In this document: positions 37,169-50,632 of the stretch, piece by piece
How positions within the stretch are numbered: position 1 is the first letter of the stretch
How the letters are laid out: each line of letters starts with the position of its first letter
From: Mytilus californianus
Taxonomy: Eukaryota
Direction of reading: 5' to 3'
NCBI RefSeq assembly: GCF_021869535.1
Contig: NW_026262673.1
Coordinates: forward strand, 2,976,001-3,040,000
DNA length: 64,000 nucleotides
The notes under the pieces: model-generated
The model's database searches: none
What the model saw: only the letters and a program-made list of their open reading frames with translations
What the model was told of the DNA's origin: nothing
Made by a program: the position numbers and the translations under genes

Positions 37169-40100
37169 AATATTAGTCATAACTTATAATTTAATTCTAA
37201 TTTCCATTTTAAGCCGCAGTAAATCACGTTGATGACATCGCGGTCATCACGGTCACATGACAAAATTATGTCTATGAGCTGATAGACAAACATTGGCAGC
37301 CACTCAGGAGACGCGTTTCATCCAAATTTAAATTATATTTAATTAATCAAAATAAGTTGGCTGATGCCAACCAAATTTGTAAAAATATGAGATAAGCCTT
37401 TGAATATAAAAAAAGGAGATGTGGTATGATTGCCAATGAGACAACTATCCACCAAGGTTCAAATGAAGTGGATGTAAACAATTACAGGCAATCGAACGGC
37501 CTTCAACAATGAGAAAAACCCAATTTGAAGTTAAAAACTATGCTTAGTGTCAGTTAGGCTAGCATAAGTAATGGAAGTACCGTACAAGAAAATAGACTTG
37601 TAGTTATATTTACAGCATATAGTTAATTTTTTCTTATTATGCATTATGTTTTATTTACATTTTTTGACACATGTATGTTGTACACTTGGATTACGCAATG
37701 TCATATTTTATATATATACATGTGCTTTATCCAATAAAATATTTGATTTGATTTAAGATAACCAACCGAAAATATGTAAAACTGACATGAAATTTTGTAA
37801 AGTATAGTGCTGTTTTGCAAAAACTGAACGTTTTCTTCCAACCACTGCAAAGTGCTTGACGTTAGCTAATTGAAAAGCGCGAAACTTGCTAAGAACGTGA
37901 CGTGAACACCATTATGACGTTATGTAATGTCAAATAAATAACGTTATTTTTTGAAAAAATAAACATCTTGATTTTATATCTTAGTAATTATTCAATTATT
38001 TAAGTTAACATGTTGTGATTCAAGGCTGAATAACAATTTACTGTTTGTGGCATTTTTTACTGAAATTGTCCCGTTTCTGGACAATGTTTTGAAATTTCGA
38101 TACGCACTAAGAGGGTTAATGTGTAATAGTTCAAACGAGACAACCAACGGTATGATTTATAACAATGCAATTAAAATAAGAAAAAAAAAGTTACAGACAG
38201 CAACCACCAACAACCAATGAATTACTGAACCCCGTGTCTCACCTTAATTTGTTAATGTCAAGGTATCAGTCACACAATTATCAATCGAAGACCATATATA
38301 AAAAATAAGGAGATTTGGCATGATTGCCAATGAGACAACTACCCACCAAAGTTCAAAAGAAGTGGATGTAAGTAATTATAGGCAACCGTATGATCTTCAA
38401 CAATGAGAAAACCCAATACCGCATAGTCGTCTATAAAGTCCCCGACATAAAAAATATGAAACATTTCAATTGTGAAAACTAATGGACAAATATGACAGAC
38501 ATAAACCAATGACAACCATTGAACTACAGGCTTCTGACTTGGAAAAGGCACACAAAGAATGTGGCGGGGTTAGACATGTTTAAAAGGCGCCAATCCTCCC
38601 CTAACCTGGGACAGTGTTGTAGCAATACACAATAAGAACAAACTATGAACTCAGTTGAAAAGGGCTCAAATTTCCCGATCTACACAAAGTAGAAAGACAT
38701 CTTAAAGAACAGACCGGACGTGACAGGGAATGTATGAATTCCTCACAACAAAAAAAGACACAAAGTACAGATCTGAGAGTACTCGCCGTCACTGACAGCT
38801 AGTTCAAGGTCAATAACAACTAATAAAAAAAACATGTGTATAAGCCTTAAACGACTTAAATATCACCCAGTACACATTCAACATCCAATAGATTTAGTGT
38901 AAACACGTAATTAACAGTCAGGAAAAAGACATGATCTTGTGCAATGACAAGATATAGGTATCGACAATCAAGATAACTAAAGGCTCTAAAGAGCTTGTGT
39001 CGCTAACCTAGGTATATGTGCATCTTCAACATTGGGGACTCGAATATAATTTCAAAAATCTCTTGTTTATGTTGATCTTGTATTGCTGATCATTGTTTCT
39101 GTTTACAGTTTATCTCTAGCTTTTAAGTTTTTGGCCAAAGCACAAAAAGGGAAACAAATTGCAATTTAAAAGCAATCATTTATATCAAGAGTCTAACAAT
39201 TTCTGCATAATTTGATTTATTTGCAGATCTTGTCTCCAATAAGGAGTGAGTTAACGATTTGTTTTTCTATAAAATTTTACATAATTTGTAGATCTTGTCT
39301 TGGTGATCATTTTTTGCTAATTTAAGTTTCTGTCTATCTATTACAGTTTTTCAGATATTAGGCAAAAATGAAAAACAAAATGGTAAAAATCGTCAATAAA
39401 CGGCAATTTACCCAATAAGAGGGAGTCAGACGTTTTAGTTTTCGTAACTGATTATTTCTAATCAAAATGTATTGCAATGTCTATTCAAAATGACCATTGA
39501 TGTGATAAAATGCTGGCGATGTTTTTAAAACATTTTTTAAAACAATACTGTTTTACCGAAGGCTAGTCACGATTATTTTTCTAGATAAAATTCTGCAATG
39601 TACAAAAATGTAAAAAACATTTGTAGTATTATCAGTAACTATAAGTCAGAGTACTATTTTATTAGTTGTCCTCCAGGAATAACAACGGGATCTGAACCCG
39701 GATCCCATTTATCACTGTAGTAATAACGCTTGTAATTTCACGTGTCCCGTCGGACTTCGTTTCCCGTTTTCACGCACAATAATTTGACTTTCACGAGTCA
39801 CGCTTACAAGAAATTGGTCAAACCCGCGTCACGCGCTTAAACCCCAATGAGACCCACTAACAAGTGTAAATATCTTTAACTCAATCATATTTTTGTATGT
39901 TTCTTATTAATACCTTTAAGTTAACACTTTATTATTTTATCTTACTTATATATAATCCTATTACTTTTTGTTAAACTGTATTTTCTAACTTCGAATGTAG
40001 GACATCTTTAGTCCCTAAATGATTTAATATTTATTTTCGTAAGATCTTATACCTTATTAAGTTCTAATCCATATTTTGCAATATACTAATATTTGAACAT

Positions 40101-40300
40101 GTAATACATATTAGTCACGGTTGGTAACATTTATAACGATCAAAAGATTAAATCGAAAAATTGGAAATTAAAAGTTCACCATAATTTTTTGCCCCAGCGG
40201 AAATAAGAAATGTGATTGTTTTCGTTAAAATGTAGACCATCATAGTCTGATTCCTGCTGCAGATTTTATTTACATGATTACGTTTGAACTTTAAAACAAG

Positions 40301-42767
40301 ATGAGAATTGTAGAAGTGATTGTGTACTTCTGTACAACGTACACTGGATTTGTGTATTGTGTACAGCCTACCGGATGTACATACGACGGTACAGATTCAT
40401 CAACAGGTATCTATACGTGTACATTCGGAGGTTACACAGCACCACTTACTTTTACCGGGTTCACTGATCCGTATCCACAGCGTCTTATCATCAATGCTGT
40501 AAGCGGCACTTTACCAACAAACACTTTCTCAGGCTTTTCATCGTTTGTCGCTAATTTGATTGATCTTGATTATGCGGCAAGCTTAAAGATTATTTGTAGT
40601 TCTGGAGGAACACTTACGATTTCACAAGCTTTATTTTCGAGCATGAGTTATCTACAAGAACTGAAAATAAGTAACTGTGACATTCAGTCGCTTCCTTCGA
40701 GTGTTTTCTCAAACTTAGTAACACTCAATTCTCTCTGGATTGAAGGAGGTTCAGTTAACACACTAGCATCTAATATTCTTACCGGTTTATCTATAGAAAA
40801 ACTTGATGTTCCCGTCCCGACCGCCGAATTTGTAATAAAAAACACTGTGGTTTCCGGTAATCAAATCCCGGTTGGTATGCTTGATGGACTGACTGATGTC
40901 AAATCAATTAGATTCGACAACATCGGACTGACTTCTGTTGATGATGCACTTTTTAGTCTGAATACAGCTTTGACGTCTTTGTCACTAGCTAACAATGTTG
41001 GGATAACAAAGATAGAAATTGCTATGATTAGCGCCCTGGAGGGGTTGTCTTCTCTTGATCTAGATGGTCTCCCGTTTGATTGCACGTGCGATAACTTATG
41101 GATCCTCACTCATGCGACAACGAATGGTATAGCACTACCATCAGGAATCATTTGCAGCACACCTGCTGAATATCAGAGTACGTATATGTTATAACGGCTA
41201 GTGTATATATATATAATATGTCTAAACAAGTATATCTCTGCTAAAAAAAATAAAAAAAATAACAGTTTATTATCTATTTAAAGATCGATATCCTTTCAAA
41301 CATTTTATAAAATCGTTTTTTGTTTATTTTCATAAGCATTCATTTGAAGGACATACAAGGAAAACGGTATTAATCAAAATAGTAAAAAGATAATGATTTA
41401 AGATATTAACCTAATTAACTATAAATATAATTACATTTGAAGACTTTGTGTATACAGTGTAAATAAGAATTTTGCTTTGCTAAGTAGTACTAGGATATTA
41501 CCGGTTGTTCGCTTGCTCCTCATAAAGAGAACTTAACAGTTCAAATTTAATAGATAAACAAGTGATATGGGGGTATCCATCCATGACACAAAACCAGGAC
41601 ATGCTCAGCTAAAAACACACACAAAGCAAAGAAACAGCGCTTTTATTGTTGTTCTTCATCTCAAAGTCACAGTGAAGCCTTCAACAAGGAGCAACAAAAA
41701 CCTTTCACCTCACTGCAAGGTCAAGACGGCCCCTAGCATTGGCTTTATTACATTTAATACTGGTTACATTGCTACAAAAGGGCGACACTAGCTCATTGTC
41801 GACAGAAATGGCTTATTTCGGAAATAAAAAAACAAAAATAAAAACAAAACTCTCATGTGTATGCTGAAAAATCGAATGCTACTGTACTATTCCTTTCTGA
41901 TTGGCATGGTCATATTTTATTCAGACAAGAAAGCCTCCAAGTATTATGATGAGATGTGTAACACTGCAAACGCTTGTGGAGATTTACCAGGTGAGTAGGA
42001 CGTTTTAATATCAAACTGGAATATACCAAAGGAACAATCCAAATTCATAAGGCGAAGAAAAACGACGACAAGACCTTCAAAATTATACATAACTCTACAT
42101 GAAAACTTAACATAGACAACTAGAACACCAACATAAAACCTGGGATGATCTCTGGTCTACTAAACCATGAATTTAAAATATCATATTGTGGACCTCACTA
42201 GTATGCTTATATTATCGATATTTTTCTAGTGTGTAAGTGTGTATGGATTACTTCCGTTTAATTAAATAACCTCTTTATATTAAATCATAATTTTTAAACC
42301 ATCTTCTGTATTCCGAAAATTTGCATTTGATCGCGTTGGACATATTGTGTCATAAATTTGTTGAAATTTTTGTTTGCAATTAAAAAGTAAATTAACTTCC
42401 TGAAATTTGTCTTCTACTGACAATAGACTAATTCAAGGAATACAAAGTGGCATAAAACCTCATAATGCATTATTAAAATGAAATAATACCACAAATCAAA
42501 TATATTGCAGGTATAACCTTGGGTCCTACGATATGCATGACTGTTTTCGAGATTGTCAGTTACTGTATCCTAGCTGTAACCATGGTGATAGCTATAGTAG
42601 CACTTGTTATCATATGTTACGTCAGAAGGAAACTGGTGATTGCCAAGGAAAATCTGGAGAAAAAGAGAAATAGTTCGTGGGCACGTGTTCAGAATGCGCT
42701 GAAGAAGGGCGGAGCATCTGGCCAGAAACCACCATTGAGATCGTCTCAAGTAGATGGATGGGTGTAA
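40301..42767 (+). CDS. Single-pass LRR membrane protein, paralog 4 (399 aa): join(40301..41177,41925..41990,42511..42767)
   Basis: Signal-like start, LRRs (YLQELKISNCDIQSLPSSVFSNLVTLNSLWI), LRRCT PFDCTCDNLW...IIC, 66-nt exon, TM segment, tail ending DGWV*. The joined length of 1200 nt is in frame. Confidence 0.9.
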
Positions 42768-43044
42768 CGAAGACTGAGTACCGATAGATATCTTTGTTTG
42801 CTGCCTGAACTATGCAGCCTTTCCTAAATTGTTTGACAAACATATACACTGCATATAATTGTTAAAACGGAAAGATACTTGAAATATGTAACTTAAACAA
42901 ATTTTAATATATATTCATGGAATATGTTTGAATATAATAAAATCATTATACATTCATATAACTGAATTAAGAAGTCATATGATTATCCATTGTTGTACAT
43001 GTTTGTTTGGTTTAGCTCCCACAAACAAGTTTGATATGCAACAC

Positions 43045-44125
43045 AAACAAATCAGATATCAAACACAAGCTCGTCTGATATCCAACACAAACACATCTGA
43101 TATATAACACAAACTCGTCTCTGATATCCAATACAAACACATGTGATATCCAACACAAACACGTCTGATATGAAACACAAACACGTCAATATCAAAAGCA
43201 AACACTTTTTATATCAAACAAAAACACGTCTGATATCCAACACAAACTCGTCTGATATCAAACACAAACACGTCTGATATCCAACATAAACTCGTCTCTG
43301 ATATCCTATACAAACATGTCTGATATCCAACACAAACTCGTTTTTGATATCCAATACAAACACGTGTGACATCAAACAAAAACACGTCTGATATCCAACA
43401 CAAACTCGTCTGATATCCAACACAAATACGTCTGATGTCCAACATAAACACTTCTGAAATCTAACGATAACAAGTCTAATATCAACAAACACAAGTCTAA
43501 TATCCAACACAAAACCATAAATATCCAACATAAACACGTCTGCTATCAAACATAAACAAGTCTGATAAACAATGCAAATATGACTGATAATCAACGCAAA
43601 CACGTCTGATATCCAACATTAACACGTCTGAAAAACATCACAAACACCTCTGGTATCCAACCAGAACAAGTCTGATATCCAAAAACAAAAAACACAAGCA
43701 CGTGTGATATCCAACACAAACATGTCTGACAAACAAAACAATAAAATATGACATTCAGCAAAAATTACAAACACGTCTGATATCCAACACTAACTCGTCT
43801 TATATTTTACACAAACACATGATTTCCAACACAAACACATCTGATATCTGGCACACACATATCTGATATCCAACATATGCACCTTTGATAACCAACATAA
43901 ACACATATGATATTCAACATACACACACATTTAATATCCAACACGAACACCTCTGATATTCAGCACAAAGAAATATAATATCAAACTCAAACACATCTGA
44001 TATTCAACACAAACACATATTATATCCAACATATGCACTTCTGATATCCTATAAAAACACATAATAACCAACACAAGCACATTTTATACCCAACACAAAC
44101 ACGTCTAATAGCCAACACAAAACAT
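43045..44125. repeat. 22-bp minisatellite, ~45-50 copies, decaying rightwards
   Basis: Unit GATATCCAACACAAACACGTCT. Confidence 0.95.
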
Positions 44126-45020
44126 CTTTGATATACGATCCTGGTAAATATTAACTCCGGAATATATTACAGTAAGCAGATTTTACTTTTCGGAATAATT
44201 TTTTTATTGCTGGTATCTACTCTTATTGTGACTTTTACTGTTGCGGTAAACAGTGAGTATTTACGACACATAAAAAGATTCAGTTTAAAATCATTCTTGT
44301 TGATGATAAGTGCATAAATTACAGGGGTGGTTGGAGGTGAAAAAGTAAAATAATACTCTGATTAACAACCGTATTTTGAAAATAAGACAAAACATCTGTA
44401 ACCCGTTAAATATACGTCAGGGCCAAATTATCAATTTTATTGAACATAGAAATATATCAGATTTATTCATCTACAATTATTAAATGCATTAAAAGTCAAC
44501 GTTCGTTTAGATCTATAAAGAGGTTAAACTCCTAACTATCCTACTGTCTGTCGATAGATTTATTTTTGGCATTGCACTAGTCATGTCTTCTTTGACTGTC
44601 CATGACGTTAAAATACTAAATCCCTGGGATGTGTTTTAGTTGATTTTAGTGTCTGATGCATGATTTTTTATTATTAATTGTTTTGGCTTTTAACTAGCTG
44701 TCAGTAACTGCTAGTACTCTCAAATCGTACTTTCTTGTTTATCTGACCTGTTGATACTAATTGTATTGCTTTTTTGTTATTTAATAGTATTCAGGGTTTT
44801 ATCTGGTCTATATACCAGCTTTGATAAGTGTTTGGTATAACTATAAATTTTCACTTCGTACTATGAACATCAAAATTATTTATTTTGTAAAAATATTTCC
44901 TTTCTCCATTGGTACTACACACGTATACCTAACAACAAAATTATTTTCATTTACCTGTGTTTTAAGTTATTGCAAATGGATGATATTTGTGTTCGAGCAT
45001 ATTGTTTTTCTTTAATTGTT

Positions 45021-45563
45021 TAACATTTCTTACCGATATACATGTTACTTTTATTATTCTTCCCTTAGTTTATTTATTTTGTATTTACATTGTGTCATAG
45101 GTCAAATTTATTTGTTCAGTGTATGTTCAATGGTGTTAATATGTCCTTTGATTGAGTTAAGCTATTTCAGTTGATATTTTATAGTGTGTCTTTCTATGTT
45201 GTGATGTTACACTATTGTTTCAGAAAAAGGGTGAAGGTTTGGTACCATTAAAACGTTTAAACCCGCTGCACTTGTTTGCACCTGTCCTAAGTCAGGAATC
45301 TGATGTTCAGTAGTTGTCGTTTGTTGATGTGGTTCATAAGTGTTTCTCGTTTCTCGTTTTTTATATAGATTAGACCGTTGGTTTTCCCGTTTGAATGGTT
45401 TTACACTAGTAATTTTTTGGGGCCCTTTATAGCTTACTGTTCGGTGTGAGCCAAGGCTCCGTGTTGAAGACCGTACTGTGACCCATAATGGTTTACTTTT
45501 ATAAATTTTGACTTGGATGGAGAGTTGTCTCATTGGCACTCATACCACATCTTCTTATATCTA
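45021..45563 (-). repeat. ~540-bp near-identical direct repeat, copy A (copy B at 51976-52519)
   Basis: Both copies run from TAACATTTCTTACCGATAT to CCACATCTTCTTATATCTA with few differences. Each contains a minus-strand copy of the common element. Confidence 0.93.
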
Positions 45564-46084
45564 TTAAGTATTAAATCAACAACAAAAAAACCCTGCAACT
45601 AGAGATATTTTTCACTTTAATCTTCTAGATCAGTCCTAACTGTAAACATAAGATTTATAAATCAGAATTTACTGCATATACATGTAGTGTATTTATGACA
45701 CTAACAGTCTTCTTGTTACACAGACAAGTCTTGTCCAATCATAACCTTTAGATAAAGATGATGTCCTCGTCAAACAAGATAACAATAAACTTATGATGAA
45801 TACCCTTATCAAAAGTTTTCGTCACGTTGGCAAATATTTTAAGAAGGTTAAAATTCAAGTTGAAGTAACTGATATAACAGTATCTTTAACTTTAAATGGT
45901 TAAATCAGGATGTTTGTAAGTTTTAAAGTCTAGTATATCTTATTGTATAATGTAATGATTTTATCTTCTTGATATGGCTATTTGATTGTGATTGTTTATT
46001 TTAACTTTTTAATTCAGGTAAGATTGAACATGTTAATAATTCTATTCATATTATATACAATAACTATTTTCACACCTTTTAACG

Positions 46085-46250
46085 CTGCGGACGCTATCAT
46101 AAGTTGGTTGACCGTTATGGGATATCTGTATCACAAATAACCACTGATATTTTCAGATTGTCGTAGTTGTTTCTCCATTTTGACATCATTTTTGTACTTA
46201 ACATGAGCGTCACGGCAGGTGTTACATGTGGAATAAGATGCTTAGTTCAA
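46085..46250 (+). mobile_element. Probable 3' fragment of a Penelope-like element (related copy ~58935-59200)
   Basis: YHKLVDRYGISVSQITTD-like remnant at 46085 and HHELVNRYWISIS*MTTD at 58935, each followed by similar tail sequence. Confidence 0.5.
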
Positions 46251-46600
46251 TCCCGTTTTTATTGGTATTGTGTTGCTCCTATTCAAAAGATGTTGAACTA
46301 GCTTTCCGTTACTCTCATATTGGTATATTATGTCTGTAGTTGTATGCTACACGTAGTTGTTATTTTGTGCTTCTTCTTAACTATAAATAGCAAAAATGAT
46401 ATGCTTAGCAAGAATAGAACATCAAATAAGCAAACATGGGCAAAATTGGTCAGTCTAAATTTTATAAGAGTTCTCAATGTTGTTGTTCTTAAATGAAGAT
46501 TTTTACCAATGATTTTTGCGTATTATACGGAAACTATAATAGACAGACAGAAAATGTTTGTGTCCTGTGCAAACACTACTGAAAATAACTGTAATTAGTA

Positions 46601-48110
46601 ATAGAGACTCTAAAGAGCATGTGTCGCTCACCTACCCTTATACTGAAAAAATCAGCCTCCTGCAAATATTTGCTGCAAGTCTGCAGCAAACACAGAGTCT
46701 GTATTTGCAGCGTGTTTGCTGCACATGTGCTAAAGGTCTGCTGCAAGCATTACAGTTATGTAAGGGTAGGTCTATGTACATCTTCAGCAGTAGACAAAAA
46801 TAGATTTCATGACTAAAATCTCTTTCTGCTGATCTTATATAGATATAAGAAAATGTGGTATGATTGCCAATGAGACAGCTCTCCATCCAAGTCACAATTT
46901 GTTAAAAGTAAACCATTATAGGTCAAAGTACGGCCTTCAACACGGAGCCTTGGCTCACACCGAACAGCAAACTGTAAAGGGCCCCAAAATGACTAGTGTA
47001 AAACAATTCAAACAGAAAAACCAAAGGTCTAATCTATATAAACAACGAGAAACGAGAATCACTTATGAACCACATCAACAAACGACAACCACTGAACAAC
47101 AGGTGAAGACAGGTGCAATTGTATTGCTGATAATTTTTTTCTGTTTTCTCTCTATCTTCTTTAGTGTTTGCCCAAAACACAAAAGAGGGTACACAAAATC
47201 GTCTTGTTAGGGCAACCACACATATAAAGAGTCTACTAACTATTGTCTTGCTGATCATTTTTGTTTTTTTAAAGTTGCTATCGATCATTTAGAGTTTTCA
47301 AGATAATAAGCAAAAGCGCCAAAATTTGTTGAAAAATTGTCATTAATCGTCAAACGATTTTGACCATATTGATTTATTGTACAGTAGATCTTTTCTTGAT
47401 GATCATTTTTGCTACATAAAGTTAGTGTCTATCTATTATAGTTTTAAGGATACACATAACGGACAAAAACTTTTTAAAATGGTAAAAATCGTCATTAAAG
47501 AGAATAACTCCAATAACGAGTCGACTGAAGAATTCGGTCGTTAGACTTTTTTGTAGACCTTGTCTCGCTGATCATTGTGGCTTTTTAAAGTTTCTATCTA
47601 TCTTTTCTTTAGTTTTTAAGATATTTAGCAAAAACGCAAAAAGTGGTAAATATCGTCATTTAAGGGCAATAACTCTTATAAGGAGATTTCAGTTTCTTTT
47701 ATATATTATGGTTTTCAAGATAATAGACAAAAATAAAACATAATGGTAAAATTTGTCATTTAAGGGCAATAACTCCAATAAGAAGTCGTCTGACAGTTTT
47801 TATGTAGATTGAAAGACTGAACATTCTGAACATTTCTGAGAGCCAGATTTTCTCTATTCATAGCGGTTTTCACAATAATAGACAACACTTGCATTTTAAC
47901 CCTATGTTCTATTTATAGTCATGACGCCATATTGTTTGGAAAGCGGGGTCATGGAACACATTTTTTAAACTAAGTACCCCAATGATGGTTGTGGCCAAGT
48001 TTGGTTAAATTTGGCCTATTAGATTCAGAGGAGCAGATTTTTGTGAAAGTTAACGGACGACGAACGACGGACGCCAAGTGATGAGAAAAACTCACTAGGC
48101 CCTTTATGCC
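46601..48110. mobile_element. Helentron/HINE-like non-autonomous element with internal repeats and a nested insertion (46845-47105); related fragment ~38980-39420
   Basis: Shared start (GGC/GAC)TCTAAAGAGC(A/T)TGTGTCGCT(C/A)ACCT, internal GATCATTTTTG repeats, and an end with (GACG)n followed by GCCAAGTGATGAGAAAA. Boundaries approximate. Confidence 0.55.
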
Positions 48111-48174
48111 ATTTTCAGGAGCATTTAAGCAGAAAAAAAATGATAGGCAATAACATAAACGCTACCAATTTACT

Positions 48175-48218
48175 GCACCAGATGCGCATTTAGATGATAA
48201 ATGTCTTATCAGTGATAC
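48175..48218 (-). ncRNA. Inactivated hammerhead ribozyme remnant
   Basis: Minus strand: GTATCA-CTGATAA-GACATTTATCATC-TAAA-TGCGCA-TC-TGGTGC. Both core boxes are mutated. Confidence 0.55.
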
Positions 48219-48943
48219 GGGCGCCAAATTATTTAAAAATCCTAAACTTATTAAAAAACACAATTATTCAGAGAATAGTTTAAGGTCATTCCGCCAATAT
48301 TTGTATCGGAAACTTTTCAATTCCGGTTTAAAATATTTCATGACTAGTTTTGTTTTTTAATTTTACTTTACACTTTACAAAAATATATGGTGTCTAATAT
48401 ATACTTTTGCTGGAAATACGGGAGATAAGCTGCTCCTTCTAATTTTACAATGCCATTGTTCGGTTTTAAATGATAGGGTCAACTTACTTTAAACGTTTTC
48501 CAAAAGCGTATGGTTATAGGTGTCTTTCGTGTTAATAGTAGTATAAATGGCTTCTTTCAGTTTACCCAAGGTCATTTCCAGGTTGACCTTTCAATGTCAT
48601 ATGTCTTTCAAACCCCATGTATTATGTATTAATTATCAAATTATAGCAATGTCAAAATCTTGATCGTCAAATAAACCTTTGATGTTAAGGTTAAAAGGCA
48701 AAGGCCTCAAATCAAAAAGCCATATGTTTCTACCGTGTATGACAAATAAGTTATACTACCATACGTCTTATCTAAAACTTCCAAACAACCCTATATCGCA
48801 TTGGCAATTATACCACATATAAAAATTATGTGTATCAAGCAGAAAGGATTTTTAAAAGTGGTGTATTATCATTTTCACGAATTTGGAAACAAATTGGAAT
48901 ACACATATTTGAATTTCGATATATATTTTTTTCAGATATCACC

Positions 48944-50632
48944 ATGGCCACTAATACAAATATTTGTGGCATATGTTCACTTCGACAGATTACGAAAATA
49001 TCAAATCACTGGTGCCCGGAATGTGAGGAAGCCATTTGTGATGAGTGTAAAGAGCATCATGAATTACTGAAAGCCACCCGAACTCACGAACCCATACCAA
49101 TTTCGAACTACAGGTCACTTCCGTCGTTTATAACTGATATACAACAATTCTGTATCTATCACTATGAAAAGTATCAACAATACTGTGTTGAACACGCGTT
49201 GCCAATCTGTTTCAAATGCATTAAAGATCATCATAAATGTACGGTCATTCCACTGGAAGAAGTCACTAATACTGTCAGGACCTCCGAGCAGTTTCGAGAT
49301 TTAGAGATCAGGCTGGTAGACTTATTGCAAAACATTGATACAATAAAGAAGGACAGACAGATTAATTTGGTCAGTATTGAACAAACGAAGAAGCGTCATG
49401 TTGTAGAAATTCAGCAGATAAGAATTCAAATACACAAACATTTAGATTAACTTGAAAAACAAATTAATGAAGATCTCGAAGAGAAAGAATGCCAATGTAA
49501 GGCGAATATTGAGAAGAGTTTATCAGCGGTCAAAGAAGAGGAAACCATGATAAATCAATGTCAGGCCAATTTCCAAAGCATCAAACAATATGCATCCGAT
49601 CTTCAAACATTTCTTGGAATAAGAGAAATTGAGACGAAGGTTTTTAAACATGAACAATATATGCAGTCGTTGATTGACATGAACAGTTTTGACCAACTCG
49701 AACTCACATGTAATGTAGATGCAGGGGTGCATAGTGCATGTATTTGGAATAGTTTGAAGAGTTTTGGATCAATTGAAATAGAAACGCGGGCTAGCAGCAT
49801 CGATTTTGCCAGAACGAAAGACAAACAAGCACAGTTACAAATAAGACCGACGACAAAGACCATTAACACTGTGAAGTTGATTCTACAGAAGAAGTTTACA
49901 ACAAGTGGATACACTATCAGAGGTTGCTGCAGGTCTATAAATGGCGATTCTTTCTTCACTGATCATTACAAAAAGAAAATGCTTATAGCTGTTACGTTCA
50001 GTGGTACTCCCAAATATTACATGTCTCTAATACCTAGTCATGGAAATGACATAACATTTATCGATGAGAAAACTGTCGCTATTACATCTGGAGATTCGTG
50101 GTAGGAGACTGGTATTGATATTATAGACATAGAGAGACAAAGTAAAATAGAGTTCATAAGTCTTCCCAATTGTCCATATGGAATAACACGTGATGGCGAG
50201 TCGCTGTTGGTCTGTGTTGCAGAACATGGTATATATAAAGTAAATACTATGAATTATGCTAAATCTCTTGTGATAAGGCGTCCATTAGAGATTTGTTCCT
50301 ACGTATCTGTATTTACCGACAAAATATACTATACTCACCGTGAATGTGTTGTTTGTTGTGATCGCAATGGATCACGTGTTTGGACTTTTAGTAATTTTTC
50401 AATTTTAAAATATGTAAGTGGCATCTCTGCAGATAATGACGGAAACGTGTACGTTGTTGGAAAAGATTCGTGGAACATGGTCATCATATCAAACGACGGA
50501 AAACATCACAAGGAAATCCTGACCAAAGGGGATGGTCTCTGTGAACCAACTGCTATTTTCTTCGATAAACAGAACAGGAAACTTCTCGTGGCAAATTCAA
50601 ACGACGTTGCTTTCCTTTACAATGTAATGTAA
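48944..50632 (+). pseudogene. RING-less TRIM-like B-box/coiled-coil/beta-propeller gene with two in-frame nonsense codons
   Basis: Collinear with 60550-62235. TAA at 49448-49450 (paralog has AAA, Lys) and TAG at 50102-50104; no frameshift. Splice acceptor at 48935, just upstream of the ATG. Confidence 0.88.

Noticed and set aside
43209-43603. Minus-strand ORFs of 80 and 129 aa
   Set aside because: Products of the 22-bp minisatellite.
49448-50104. Programmed read-through or selenocysteine recoding of the TRIM stops
   Set aside because: The stops are TAA and TAG, not TGA, and I see no recognised leaky context. Simple nonsense mutation is more parsimonious.
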